From positions 148,921 through 212,920 of the forward strand of contig JAWLHY010000013.1 in assembly GCA_041690135.1 (NCBI GenBank): 64,000 nucleotides of DNA, given 5' to 3'. Made by a program: the position numbers and the translations under genes. The notes beneath the pieces are model-generated. The model ran no database searches. It had not been told where the DNA came from and saw nothing but the letters and a program-made list of their open reading frames with translations. The DNA comes from Armatimonadota bacterium. Lineage in GTDB: Bacteria > Armatimonadota > SYMT01. This document shows, one piece after another, positions 1 to 9,960 of this stretch. How positions within the stretch are numbered: the stretch's first letter is position 1; every line of letters starts with the position of its first letter.

Positions 1-1
1 G

Positions 2-2215
2 GTGAGGGAATCCGTCTTCTACCTGGCCAAAATGGATTGCCCGACCGAAGAACGGCTGGTGCGCGGCCGCCTGGAAGGGATGCCGGGAATCGAGCGCCTC
101 GACTTCAACCTGATGGAACGGGAGTTGGTCGTCTCCCACTTGCTGCCGGATGAGAAGCCGATCCTGGCAGCACTCAACTCCTTGGGAATGGAGCCCGCGC
201 TGCGTGACCCTGCCTCAGTTACGGACCGCGCGATGCGTTCGCGCGCCGCGACGGACGCGGCCGCGACGCACCCAACCTGGTTCCCTTTAGCGGTTTCCGG
301 GATCCTGGCGGCCATCGCGGAAGGCGTGGCATGGGTTACCGGAAACGAGGCCTCTCCCCCCGTTATCACGCTGTCCCTGCTGTCTATCGGAATCGGCGGG
401 CGCGACACGCTGCGCAAGGGCATCATTGCTGTCCGGAACCGGACGCTGAACATCAACTTCCTGATGACGCTGGCGGTGTTCGGCGCCGCGGTGATTGGAC
501 AATGGCCGGAAGCGGCGATGGTCCTGTTTTTGTTCAGCCTTGCGGAGATGATTGAGGGTTACTCGCTGGAACGGGCGCGGAATGCTGTCCGGGCGTTAAT
601 GGCGCTCACGCCGGAAACCGCCACCGTAAAATCCGAAGATGGCCAGTGGCGGGAAGTGGATGCTGCATCCGTTGCGGTCGGGCAGGTGGTGCGGGTGCGT
701 CCCGGTGAGCGGATTCCGCTCGACGGAACGGTTACATTGGGGCGTTCCACGGTCAACCAGGCGCCGATCACCGGCGAGAGTATGCCGGTAGAGAAGATCC
801 CTGGCGAGACCGTGTTCGCGGGGACCGTCAACGAGCGCGGTTCCTTTGAGTTCGAAGTGACGGCGAACCAGGGGGATACAACCCTGGCCCGCATCATCCG
901 CGCTATCCAGGAAGCCCAGGCCCAGCGCGCGCCCACGCAGCGGTTCATCGATCGCTTCGCCGCAGTCTATACGCCCGCCGTGGTCCTGCTGGCGCTGCTG
1001 GTCGCCGCGGTTCCGCCACTGTTGTTCGGACAGCCGGTATCCGAGTGGATCTACCGGTCCCTGGTCCTACTCGTAATTGCCTGCCCGTGCGCGCTGGTCA
1101 TCTCCACGCCGGTGACAGTGGTGAGCGGGCTGGCGGCCGCGGCACGGAACGGGATTCTGGTCAAGGGTGGGCTCTTCCTCGAAGAAGGGCGGCGCCTGCG
1201 GGTCATCGCGCTGGACAAAACGGGAACGCTCACGCATGGCCGCCCGGAACTAACGGACGTGGTGCCGCTCGATGATCGGGCGCCCGAAGAGCTCCTGCAT
1301 TGGGCGGCCAGCCTGAACTCACTATCGGAACATCCCGTCGCCTCGGCGATCGTGGCTCGCTGCGCCCTTGCCCACGGAGATAGTCCGTGCGTGCTCTTTC
1401 CCGTGACGGAGTTCGAAGCGATCGTGGGGCGCGGGGTCCGGGGCCGGATCAATGGACGGATGCACTACGTGGGCAACCACCGGCTGGTGGAGGAGAACCG
1501 AGTGTGCAGTGCTCGCGTGGAAGAGGCGCTGGACCGACTCGAAGAAGTGGGTAAGACGGCGGTGGTGCTGACTGATGAGGCAACGCCGCTGGCGGTCCTG
1601 GGGGTGGCCGACACCCTCCGTGCGACCAGCGTGGAGGCGGTCCGGGAATTGCAGGCCCTGGGTTTGCGCACTGTGATGCTGACGGGGGACAACCCGACTA
1701 CGGCGCGCGCCATTGCCGATCAGGCCGGAATCGACGATGCCCGAGGAAGCTTGCTCCCGGAGGACAAGCTGGCCGCTGTGGAAGAGTTGCGCAATCGCTA
1801 TGGGCATGTCGGTATGGTGGGAGACGGTATCAACGACGCCCCTGCCCTGGCGCGCGCCTCGGTCGGCTTTGCGATGGGCGCCGCGGGCACGGATACGGCC
1901 CTGGAGACGGCCGACGTGGCATTGATGGAGGACGACCTGCGGAAGCTCCCGGTCTTCATCCGGCTGAGCCGGGCCACCCACCGGGTACTGATGCAGAACA
2001 TCACGCTCGCCATCGGAATCAAAGTAGTCTTCTTTGCCCTCGCATTAGCAGGCCAGGCCACGCTCTGGATGGCGGTGTTCGCCGATATGGGGGCGAGCCT
2101 CCTGGTGGTGTTCAACGGTTTGCGGCTGCTCCGGTTCGGCGCGCGCCCAACGACCCCGGTACCGGCGTCGCTCGCTCCGGCCCCGACTTGCGGACACGGG
2201 TGTGCCCATGACTGA
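2..2215 (+). CDS. cadA: Zn/Cd/Pb-exporting P1B-2 ATPase (CadA/ZntA type); the true start may lie upstream of the window
   Basis: HMA domain MDCPTEE, TGES, TM CPC (IACPCALVIS), DKTGT, SEHP, GDGINDAP, LWMAVFADMG; C-terminal TCGHGCAHD tail. Confidence 0.93.
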   Translation: MRESVFYLAKMDCPTEERLVRGRLEGMPGIERLDFNLMERELVVSHLLPDEKPILAALNSLGMEPALRDPASVTDRAMRSRAATDAAATHPTWFPLAVSGILAAIAEGVAWVTGNEASPPVITLSLLSIGIGGRDTLRKGIIAVRNRTLNINFLMTLAVFGAAVIGQWPEAAMVLFLFSLAEMIEGYSLERARNAVRALMALTPETATVKSEDGQWREVDAASVAVGQVVRVRPGERIPLDGTVTLGRSTVNQAPITGESMPVEKIPGETVFAGTVNERGSFEFEVTANQGDTTLARIIRAIQEAQAQRAPTQRFIDRFAAVYTPAVVLLALLVAAVPPLLFGQPVSEWIYRSLVLLVIACPCALVISTPVTVVSGLAAAARNGILVKGGLFLEEGRRLRVIALDKTGTLTHGRPELTDVVPLDDRAPEELLHWAASLNSLSEHPVASAIVARCALAHGDSPCVLFPVTEFEAIVGRGVRGRINGRMHYVGNHRLVEENRVCSARVEEALDRLEEVGKTAVVLTDEATPLAVLGVADTLRATSVEAVRELQALGLRTVMLTGDNPTTARAIADQAGIDDARGSLLPEDKLAAVEELRNRYGHVGMVGDGINDAPALARASVGFAMGAAGTDTALETADVALMEDDLRKLPVFIRLSRATHRVLMQNITLAIGIKVVFFALALAGQATLWMAVFADMGASLLVVFNGLRLLRFGARPTTPVPASLAPAPTCGHGCAHD

Positions 2216-2954
2216 GTGGGGAGAGCTTTGGGCGTATCCGGCGCCGGCCGTAGTGGCCGGCATCGCCGGTGGAATCATTGGTGTTGCGGGAGCGCGGCGC
2301 AGTTCTACCACCACGGATGTGCTGGTTTACTTCGCGGCGGGCGCCTTTCTGGGTCTGGTCTTCCTCCACCTGCTGCCGGAGTCCGGAGAGCGGGCCGGAT
2401 GGGGGCCGGCGCTGGTCGCCTTCGTGCTGGGTTGGCTGGCGTGTTTGCTGATCACGCGCCGTTCGGGAGCCACATGCCCGGCCTGCGCCGGCGACCCGCC
2501 ACGCAGCCGGGCTCTCCCGGTGGGCGGGCTCCTCATCTTTACCGTGGCGCTGCACAGCGCCCTCGACGGCTTCGCCCTCAGTAGCGCCGGAAGAGATCCC
2601 CATGCCGCGGAGTTGGTCTCACTCGCGGTCCTGGTCCACAAGGTCCCCGAGGGCGTCGCGGTGGCGGCCTTGCTGCGCGGATCCGGCCGCAGCGTTCCGG
2701 CAGCGCTGCTGATCACCTCGCTGGTCGAGTGCATGACCTTCGGTGGGTTCGCGCTCGGCCTTCTCCTGGGTGAGCAGCAAGCACTCCTGCTGGGTCTCGG
2801 CCTGGGATTCGTGGCCGGAAGCTTCGTCTACTTCATCGCCATCACGCTGCGGCACCTGCGAGAAGCAGTGCATCCCCGCCTCAACGCTGCTTCGGCGGCA
2901 TTCGGTGTGCTGGTCGTCTTCCTGGCGCAACTCACCTCCAATCACCCCCACTGA
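2208..2954 (+). CDS. ZIP family divalent metal transporter
   Basis: Multiple TM helices; HLLPE, LHSALDG and LVHKVPEG ZIP motifs; ATG at 2208 overlaps the cadA stop (ATGACTGA); ORF track starts at 2202. Confidence 0.85.
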   Translation: MTEWGELWAYPAPAVVAGIAGGIIGVAGARRSSTTTDVLVYFAAGAFLGLVFLHLLPESGERAGWGPALVAFVLGWLACLLITRRSGATCPACAGDPPRSRALPVGGLLIFTVALHSALDGFALSSAGRDPHAAELVSLAVLVHKVPEGVAVAALLRGSGRSVPAALLITSLVECMTFGGFALGLLLGEQQALLLGLGLGFVAGSFVYFIAITLRHLREAVHPRLNAASAAFGVLVVFLAQLTSNHPH

Positions 2955-3028
2955 TAGTTCGTGCGATGAACTGAAATTCGATTTTGGGGAACCCGTAGTC
3001 AAACCCGGGGCGTAGCGACAATACTGGA

Positions 3029-3044
3029 TTAAACGTTCGTTTAA
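3029..3044. promoter_or_regulatory. Perfect inverted repeat TTAAACG-TT-CGTTTAA, candidate TetR operator of the RND operon
   Basis: AT-rich 7-2-7 palindrome 40 nt upstream of the adaptor start; the operon ends in a TetR gene. Confidence 0.6.
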
Positions 3045-3083
3045 CGCCTATCCCTCGCCTGCTTGTCGCGAGGAGCCCTGATT

Positions 3084-4916
3084 ATGTCTGCCCAGCCTCT
3101 CTCCCCAATGACCAAAGCCAAATTTCCTGTACGCCCCGTAGCCGTCGGTGCGCTGGTGGTGCTCTTCGGCGCCGGTGCATCCACCGTTCTCCGCGGGCAG
3201 AAGCCCGCCGCTCATGCGGAAACACCACCGCCCGCTTCGTCCGGCAAGGAAGCGGGCCATGGGGCCACAGCCGCTCAGCCGAGCGCTACGGAAGTGGGCG
3301 TGGAGGTGGTTTTGCCCCAGTCGCTGCGGGAGCCGATCCGGGTCACCGGCACGCTTCGTACGGACGAAATGGTGACGCTCTCCACCAAGGCCACGGGCCT
3401 GGTCGAGAAGGTCTTCGTTAAGGAAGGCGATCCCGTCCGCAAAGGGCAACTCCTGGTGCGGATCGACGACAGCGATCTCATCGCCCAGCGGGATCGGGCC
3501 CTGGCCACGATCCGGTCCACGGAAGCCCAGGTCGCGCAGGATGAAGCGGCAGTGGCCGTGGCGGAAGCGCGATTGAAACAGGCGGAAACTAACCGCGGCA
3601 TTAAGGATACGGGCGCACAGAGCGACTTCCGCCGCGCCGAGCAGGCCCTGGCGACGGCGAAGACACGCCTCGCCCAGGCAAAGTCTCTTTCGGGCATCGC
3701 GGCCACCGAATCGGACACGCGCGTCGCGTCCGCCAAAGCGGGGCTGCAGGCGGCCCGCGAGCGCCTGAAGGCGCTGGTGGAGGGTTCGCGGAAGCAGGAG
3801 AAGGCGTCGGCACAGGCCATGCTCGTTCGGGCTCAGTCGCAGGTGGCGCGCATGAAGTCGATGCTGGAGCGCCGCGAACAGCTCTATCGGGACAAGGCCA
3901 TCGCGGCGGAAGTAGTCGACAATGCCCGCCGCGACTACGAAGGCGCCCTCGCCGATCTCGACGCGGCCAAGCAGCAGCTCAGCCTGGTCCAGGAAGGGCC
4001 GCGGACGGAAGAGATCCGCGCGCAGGAAGAAGTGGTGCGCCAGGCGGAGGCGGCCGTTCGCGATGCCGAAGCCAACCGTGCCCGCCGGAGCATCAGCGAC
4101 CAGGATGTAGAAGCGGCGGAAGCACAGGTCCGCCAGGCCGAAGCCGCACTGGACGCCGCGCGCGCCAACCTGGCCCAGAGCCAGGTGAACGAGGACGAGA
4201 TCCGCAGCACCCGCGCGGCTGTGAACCAGGCCCGCGCCACGGTGCTGAAATCGCGCGCCGCCGGGCTGCAGGCGCAGGCGGACCTCCGCTTTCAGAACGA
4301 GCTGATCAAGCAGACCAAGATCTTCAGCCCGGTCAACGGGGTGGTGAGCTCCCGGAACGTGCAGGAAGGTGCGGCCGTGGTGCAGATGCGCAACGAGCTG
4401 ATGACGCTGGTCTCCTCCGACACGCTCTACTTCGAGGCGACCGCGCCGGAAACGTCGCTGCCGCAGCTTCGCCCTGGTCTTCCCGCCCGGGTGATCCTCG
4501 ACGCGGTGCCCGGCAAGATCTTCCCCGGACAGCTTCGCCAGATCATTCCGGTGGCCTCCGGCACCAACCGCTCGGTGCGCCTGCGCATCTCCTTCCCCCG
4601 GCCGCCGGCGGGGCAGACCGTGGTGGGCGGGTTTGCTCGGGCGGAGATCATGGGGCGCTCGCGCGGCGCGGCGGTTTCGGTGCCGCGCGCGGCTCTCGTT
4701 TCGAATGACGGACAACTGGGCGTCTTCCTGCTCCAGGACGGCAAGGCCGTGCGGAAGGAAGTGACGATCGGCGACCCGGGCGGCACCGGCGACCGCGTGC
4801 CCGTGATCGAAGGACTACGGGGTGGTGAGACCATCATCGTGGAAGGCGCTTCCAGCCTCACGGACGGGCAGAAGGTGACGCCCACAGAGACGGCGCCGCG
4901 CGCGGCCGCGAAATAA
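3084..4916 (+). CDS. RND efflux periplasmic adaptor (MFP) with a very long coiled-coil
   Basis: N-terminal TM; lipoyl-like VEKVFVKEGDPVRKGQLL and IFSPVNGVV halves separated by a long Ala/Gln/Glu helical region; VPRAAL...GLRGGE C-terminus; AGGAG at 3071 before ATG 3084. Confidence 0.88.
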   Translation: MSAQPLSPMTKAKFPVRPVAVGALVVLFGAGASTVLRGQKPAAHAETPPPASSGKEAGHGATAAQPSATEVGVEVVLPQSLREPIRVTGTLRTDEMVTLSTKATGLVEKVFVKEGDPVRKGQLLVRIDDSDLIAQRDRALATIRSTEAQVAQDEAAVAVAEARLKQAETNRGIKDTGAQSDFRRAEQALATAKTRLAQAKSLSGIAATESDTRVASAKAGLQAARERLKALVEGSRKQEKASAQAMLVRAQSQVARMKSMLERREQLYRDKAIAAEVVDNARRDYEGALADLDAAKQQLSLVQEGPRTEEIRAQEEVVRQAEAAVRDAEANRARRSISDQDVEAAEAQVRQAEAALDAARANLAQSQVNEDEIRSTRAAVNQARATVLKSRAAGLQAQADLRFQNELIKQTKIFSPVNGVVSSRNVQEGAAVVQMRNELMTLVSSDTLYFEATAPETSLPQLRPGLPARVILDAVPGKIFPGQLRQIIPVASGTNRSVRLRISFPRPPAGQTVVGGFARAEIMGRSRGAAVSVPRAALVSNDGQLGVFLLQDGKAVRKEVTIGDPGGTGDRVPVIEGLRGGETIIVEGASSLTDGQKVTPTETAPRAAAK

Positions 4917-4986
4917 GCTGGCCCCAGTCATTCTCCTTTCGTCCCGTGCGAGTTTTCTTTTTGTGCAGGCAAACCGGTAGCGTTCC

Positions 4987-7900
4987 ATGCAAAAGCTAGC
5001 CGAACTGTGTGTGCGGCGACCCGTCTTCGCCACCGTACTTACCCTGATGATGATCGTCATCGGGTGGGTTTCCTACTTCCGACTGGGCGTGGACCGCTTT
5101 CCCAAGGTCGACTTCCCCACCATCACCGTGACGACCCGTCTTCCGGGCGCCTCCCCCGAGGAACTGGAGACGGAAGTCACCGACAAGATCGAAGAGGCGG
5201 TCAACTCGATCAGCGGCATCGACGAACTGCGTTCCACCACTTCGGAGGGGATCTCACAGGTCTTCGTGACGTTCGTCCTCGACAAGGACGTGGACGTGGC
5301 CGCGCAGGAAGTGCGGGACAAGGTCAACCAGGTCATCCCCTTCCTGCCGGATAGCGTTGAGTTGCCGACGGTCGATAAGCTGGACCCGGACGCTTCTCCG
5401 GTTCTCAGCATCGCACTCACGGCCTCCAAGCCGATCCGCGACATCACCGAGTTCGCGGACAAGACCCTGAAGCGGCAGATCGAAACGGTCAGCGGCGTGG
5501 GGCAGATCATCATCCTCGGGGGCCGCGAGCGCCAGATCAACGTGTGGCTGGACCCGGAAAAGCTGCGCTCTTACGGGCTGACGGTGACGGACGCGGTCAA
5601 CGCCCTGCGCGCCGAGAACATCCAGGTGCCGGGCGGCTCCGTCGAGCAGGACACCCGGGACCTGACCCTTCGTACCAAGGGCCGCATCCGCACCGTCCGC
5701 GACTTCTACGACATCGTCATCGCCAATAAGGACGGCTATCCGATCAAGGTCAGCGATATTGGGTACGTCGAGGATGGCGCGGAGAAGGAAGAGACGGTCG
5801 CGAACGTCAACGGCCAGCCGGCCGTGGTGCTCAACGTCCGGAAGCAGAGCGGCACGAACACCGTGGCCGTGGTGGAAGGGGTCAAGGAGCGCCTCGAAGA
5901 GGTGGAGAAGCGTCTTCCCGCCGGTTACCACATGGAGATCGTGCGGGACCAGTCGACCTATATCGAGAACGCCACGCACGCCGTGCAGGAGCACCTGATC
6001 GTCGGCTCCATCCTGGCGGCGCTGGTGGTGCTCCTCTTCCTGGGCAACCTCCGCTCGACCCTGATCGCGGCCGTGGCAATCCCTACCTCCATCATTGCCA
6101 CCTTCGCGCTGATGAACCAACTCGGGTACACCCTTAACGTCATCACGCTGCTGGCGCTGACCCTGGCGGTGGGGATCGTGATCGACGACGCCATCGTGGT
6201 GTTGGAGAACGTCTACCGCTTCATTGTCGAGAAGCGGATGAGCCCGTTCGAGGCAGCCATCGAGGGCACCCGCGAGATCGGACTGGCGGTTCTGGCCACC
6301 ACCCTTTCCCTAGTGGCGGTCTTCATGCCGGTCGCCTTTATGGGCGGCATCGTGGGCCGCTTCATGAACAGCTTCGGCCTCACCATGGCCTTCGCAATCA
6401 TGGTTTCCCTGGTTGTAAGCTTTACCCTCACCCCCTCCCTCTGCGCGCGCTGGCTGCGGGCTGCGCAGGGGTCAGGGGCCAGGGATGAGGGGCCGGAAGC
6501 CGAAGCAGGCAGGGGTGCAGTGAGCGGGGAGCAGGGGGAAGGCGTTGGCGCACACGCGGCGGCGGCACACTCTCCCACAATGGGAGCGGAGGCGCATCAC
6601 GGCGCGTCGTGGGTGGACGGGTTCTACAAACCGATCGAGAAGTCGTATCTCTGGATGCTTCGGCATGCGATGCGGCGGCGGTGGGTAGTGGTGCTGGCCT
6701 GTTTCGTCGTGCTGTGGAGTACGGGGCCGATCTTCGGAGCGGTGCCGAAGAACTTCCTCCCGCTGGAAGACGAGTCCCAGTTCGAAGTGACCGTCCGCGC
6801 GCCGGAAGGCACCAGTCTCCGCTCGACCGAGGAGATCCTCAATACGGTCGCGGAGAAGATCCGCAAGATGCCCGAGGTCCGCTACACCCTGGTGACCGTA
6901 GCGGGCGACGAACAGCAGACCGACAACTCCGGGGCGGTGTACGTCAAGCTGAAGGAAGTCCAGGAGCGGAAGCTGGATCAGTACGCGCTGATGGGCGTGG
7001 TGCGCAAAGACGTGCTGTCCGAATTCCAGGGCCGCGGCCTGCGCCTGGCGGTCCAGCCCGTGGCGGCCTTCTCGGGCGGCGGCAGCAGCAACGCCAGCAT
7101 CGTCTTCTTCGTCGCGGGGCCCAAGCTGGATGAGCTCGAGGCTTACTCCACCCGGCTGCTGGATAAGATGAAGAGTATACCCGGCGTGGTCGACCCCAAC
7201 ACCAGCTACGTCACCGGGAAGCCGGAGCTTTCGGTCAACATCGACCGCGCGCGCGCGGCCTACCTGGGGGTTCGCATCCAGGACATCGGCTCGGCGCTGC
7301 GGTTCCTGGTGGGCGGCGAAGATATCTCCAACTACGAGGATGCCGGCCAGCAGTACGAAGTTCATGTCCGGGCGCTGAAGGCCTTCCGGACCGATCCGCA
7401 GGGCCTCAAGAACGTGACGGTGCCGAGTGCCCGCATGGGCGCGGTGCCGCTGGAAGAGTTGGTGACGTTCGACGAAGGCACCGGTCCCGCAGCGATCAAC
7501 CGCATGGGGCGCCAGCGCCAGGTAACGCTGACCGCGAACGCCGCGCCGGGTGCGTCCGAAGCGGCGATCATCGAAGCGCTGCAGGCGGAAGTCGGCGCGA
7601 TGAAGATGCCCCCCGGCTACTTCGCCGCTCCGGCCGGCCGCAGTAAGGAACTCGGGCGCGCCGCGCAGAACTTTATGATCGCGTTCCTGCTGGCGTTCGT
7701 GTTCATGTATCTGATCCTGGCGGCACAGTTCGAAAGCTGGGTCCACCCCATCACCATCCTGCTGGCGCTGCCGTTGACACTGCCGTTCGCCTCGCTGGCG
7801 CTCTTGATCACGGGACAGTCGCTGAACCTCTACAGCGCCCTGGGCTTCCTCGTGCTGTTCGGGATCGTGAAGAAGAACTCGATTCTCCAGATCGATCATA

Positions 7901-8235
7901 CCAACCAGCTCCGGGAGCACGGATTGCCACGCTACGAGGCGATCATGCAGGCGAACAAGGACCGGCTCCGGCCGATCCTGATGACGACCATCGCCTTTGT
8001 GGCCGGTATGATCCCGCTGGTCGTTTCCAATGGCGTGGGAGCCGCGACCAACAAGTGTATCGGCTGGGGCGTGATCGGCGGGCAAACCCTGTCCCTGCTG
8101 CTGACGCTCCTGGCGACGCCGGTTGCGTATTCCTTGTTTGACGACGTGGCTAACTTCCGGCTGATCGAGCGGATCCGCAATCGGTTCTTTCCGCCGCGCA
8201 TCAAGGAAGCCACGATGACCAGCGGTGCGGAGTAG
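4987..8235 (+). CDS. RND efflux permease, AcrB/AcrD/AcrF (HAE1/MdtBC-like)
   Basis: 1082 aa; RRPVFA start, [38 protein letters not shown]. Confidence 0.95.
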   Translation: MQKLAELCVRRPVFATVLTLMMIVIGWVSYFRLGVDRFPKVDFPTITVTTRLPGASPEELETEVTDKIEEAVNSISGIDELRSTTSEGISQVFVTFVLDKDVDVAAQEVRDKVNQVIPFLPDSVELPTVDKLDPDASPVLSIALTASKPIRDITEFADKTLKRQIETVSGVGQIIILGGRERQINVWLDPEKLRSYGLTVTDAVNALRAENIQVPGGSVEQDTRDLTLRTKGRIRTVRDFYDIVIANKDGYPIKVSDIGYVEDGAEKEETVANVNGQPAVVLNVRKQSGTNTVAVVEGVKERLEEVEKRLPAGYHMEIVRDQSTYIENATHAVQEHLIVGSILAALVVLLFLGNLRSTLIAAVAIPTSIIATFALMNQLGYTLNVITLLALTLAVGIVIDDAIVVLENVYRFIVEKRMSPFEAAIEGTREIGLAVLATTLSLVAVFMPVAFMGGIVGRFMNSFGLTMAFAIMVSLVVSFTLTPSLCARWLRAAQGSGARDEGPEAEAGRGAVSGEQGEGVGAHAAAAHSPTMGAEAHHGASWVDGFYKPIEKSYLWMLRHAMRRRWVVVLACFVVLWSTGPIFGAVPKNFLPLEDESQFEVTVRAPEGTSLRSTEEILNTVAEKIRKMPEVRYTLVTVAGDEQQTDNSGAVYVKLKEVQERKLDQYALMGVVRKDVLSEFQGRGLRLAVQPVAAFSGGGSSNASIVFFVAGPKLDELEAYSTRLLDKMKSIPGVVDPNTSYVTGKPELSVNIDRARAAYLGVRIQDIGSALRFLVGGEDISNYEDAGQQYEVHVRALKAFRTDPQGLKNVTVPSARMGAVPLEELVTFDEGTGPAAINRMGRQRQVTLTANAAPGASEAAIIEALQAEVGAMKMPPGYFAAPAGRSKELGRAAQNFMIAFLLAFVFMYLILAAQFESWVHPITILLALPLTLPFASLALLITGQSLNLYSALGFLVLFGIVKKNSILQIDHTNQLREHGLPRYEAIMQANKDRLRPILMTTIAFVAGMIPLVVSNGVGAATNKCIGWGVIGGQTLSLLLTLLATPVAYSLFDDVANFRLIERIRNRFFPPRIKEATMTSGAE

Positions 8236-8256
8236 TACGAAGTAGTGAGGGAGTGA

Positions 8257-8850
8257 ATGACCAAACCGGCGGTGGTTCCTGAAGCCGAGGCGCGCGCGCG
8301 GATCCTGGGAGCCGCCGAACGCTTCTTCGCGGAGAAGGGTTACGCCGCGACCGCTGTCCACGAAATCACGGACGCCGCCGGAGTCAATCGCGCCCTCCTC
8401 TACTACTACTTCGAGGATAAGCACAGCCTCTACAAGGCGGTTCTGGAAGAGGGCACGGCCGAGTTCGACCGCATGCTCGACCGCGCCCTCTCCCACGACG
8501 GCTCCCACGCGGAGCGCCTCACCCGGGTGGTCCACGGCCACCTCGGCCTGATCTGGGACCGGCCCTACCTTGCGCGGTTGGTCCACCGCTGCCTGCTCGA
8601 CGGGCTCCAGAAGGAGTTCGGCCTGCTGGAGAAGTTCTCCAGCTGCGTCAATCGCATGGAGACCTTCTTCCGCGAGGGGATGGAGGCGGGTGCGTTCCGT
8701 CCGGTGGATCCCCAGATCATGGCGCGGACCTTCCTGGGTCCCACCTTCGTGGTCGCCCTGTGGCGCCTCTCCGAAGGCGAGATCTTCCCGCGCGAGCAGA
8801 TCGCCGACCAGATCGCGGTAATGCTGCTCCGGGGGATCGCGTCGGATTGA
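8257..8850 (+). CDS. TetR/AcrR family transcriptional regulator
   Basis: N-terminal HTH ILGAAERFFAEKGYAATAVHEITDAAGVNRALLYYYFEDK; follows the RND gene; GAGGGAG RBS. Confidence 0.93.
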   Translation: MTKPAVVPEAEARARILGAAERFFAEKGYAATAVHEITDAAGVNRALLYYYFEDKHSLYKAVLEEGTAEFDRMLDRALSHDGSHAERLTRVVHGHLGLIWDRPYLARLVHRCLLDGLQKEFGLLEKFSSCVNRMETFFREGMEAGAFRPVDPQIMARTFLGPTFVVALWRLSEGEIFPREQIADQIAVMLLRGIASD

Positions 8851-8915
8851 CGGTATGGCGTGGGTGGTAAAGAGCGGAGATCGAAATCCAACGCTCGCCC
8901 GCAGTGCTTCGTACC

Positions 8916-9078
8916 GTAGGGAATGTGACGCCGTTCCATTCCGCAGGCGGCAAAGCTGAAGCTGTTGCGCCAAACCGGACCGGAACCTGAGCCACTACGA
9001 GTTGGCAGAACAGACTCCGATTCAATCCCACGGAACGCTACGATACACCCGGCGAAGTTAGGGCGAGACGTTCCCTAC
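8916..9078. repeat. REP/BIME-like element GTAGGGAA...TTCCCTAC, copy 1
   Basis: 8916-8947 is the exact reverse complement of 45930-45961 (32 nt); 9062-9078 is the exact reverse complement of 45814-45830. Confidence 0.75.
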
Positions 9079-9179
9079 GAGTGCCGCATTCGAAATGCTT
9101 GCCGGGAGACCCGACCCGCGCCGCCGGACATGCCCTGCCGACGTGCGAATATGATTGCCACCCATCGGATGCATCACTC

Positions 9180-9217
9180 AAAAAAATGGCGGGCCGAGAA
9201 CGTATACTCGGCCCGCC
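9180..9217 (-). terminator. Rho-independent terminator of the Cys-rich gene
   Basis: Stem GGCGGGCCGAG/CTCGGCCCGCC (9188-9217) with an adjacent A7 (U-tract on the minus strand); a second perfect palindrome lies at 9230-9263. Confidence 0.7.
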
Positions 9218-9276
9218 GTCCTTCCAAGAGGTAGGGGAGGGAACTGCAGTTCCCTCCCCTACCCTAGCCGCTCTCG

Positions 9277-9831
9277 CTACTTGGCGCTCTTGGGGGCGCA
9301 GCAGCCGGCCTTTGCCGGGATGGCCGCGGCCTTCTTTGCCTTCAGGTCACAGCAGGCGGCGGCCGTCTTGCAGCATTCGGCGTTGCCGTTCCGGCAGCAG
9401 TCCGCAGCGGCCGCCACGCAGCATTCGGCGTTGCCGGTTTCGCAGCAGGCCAGGCTCGCCTTGCAGCAGTCCGCGTCATTTGCCACGGAAACTGGGGTTG
9501 CGGCCTTTGCCTTGCAGCACTCGGCTCCGGGCTTCTGGCAGCAGTCCTTCTTCTGGACACAGCAGTCCTTGGCCGCGGGCTTGCAGCACGGCTTGTTCTC
9601 GGCGCAGCAGGCGGCCTTCTTCACGCAGCACTGGGGTGCGGCGGCATGCTGGTGCTGCGCTTTGGCTGCGGCATGGTGCGCCGCATGACCCTGGGCACAG
9701 CAGGCCGGTTTAGCCGCGTTCCCCGTAGACTGCTTCGGTCCGGCCGCCACGAAGGCAGCGGGCATGGCAAGCAGGGCCAGGGCAATCCCGAATACGCGCG
9801 GCTGAAGGGCAACAGAATTCTTTCCAAACAT
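9277..9831 (-). CDS. Secreted Cys-Cys repeat protein (metallothionein-like, putative metal binder)
   Basis: AAAGGA RBS; signal-peptide-like N-terminus; 14 CC pairs and a His patch in 184 aa; followed by a terminator. Confidence 0.75.
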   Translation of the reverse strand: MFGKNSVALQPRVFGIALALLAMPAAFVAAGPKQSTGNAAKPACCAQGHAAHHAAAKAQHQHAAAPQCCVKKAACCAENKPCCKPAAKDCCVQKKDCCQKPGAECCKAKAATPVSVANDADCCKASLACCETGNAECCVAAAADCCRNGNAECCKTAAACCDLKAKKAAAIPAKAGCCAPKSAK

Positions 9832-9960
9832 CGTAGCAGATCCTTTCCGCCCCGTGGGCGGGTAACGAACTTGGCGAACAGACGACAGGGGTGCTGTGCG
9901 GAAACGGCAGGCGTTCCGCGAGGCCCGGTGGCGGCACGAGGCCGCGGTTGTGTCGGATCG

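Noticed and set aside
9155-9688. Gln-rich (QQ/QH) plus-strand ORF
   Set aside because: It is the antisense mirror of the Cys-Cys gene, which has the RBS, signal peptide and terminator
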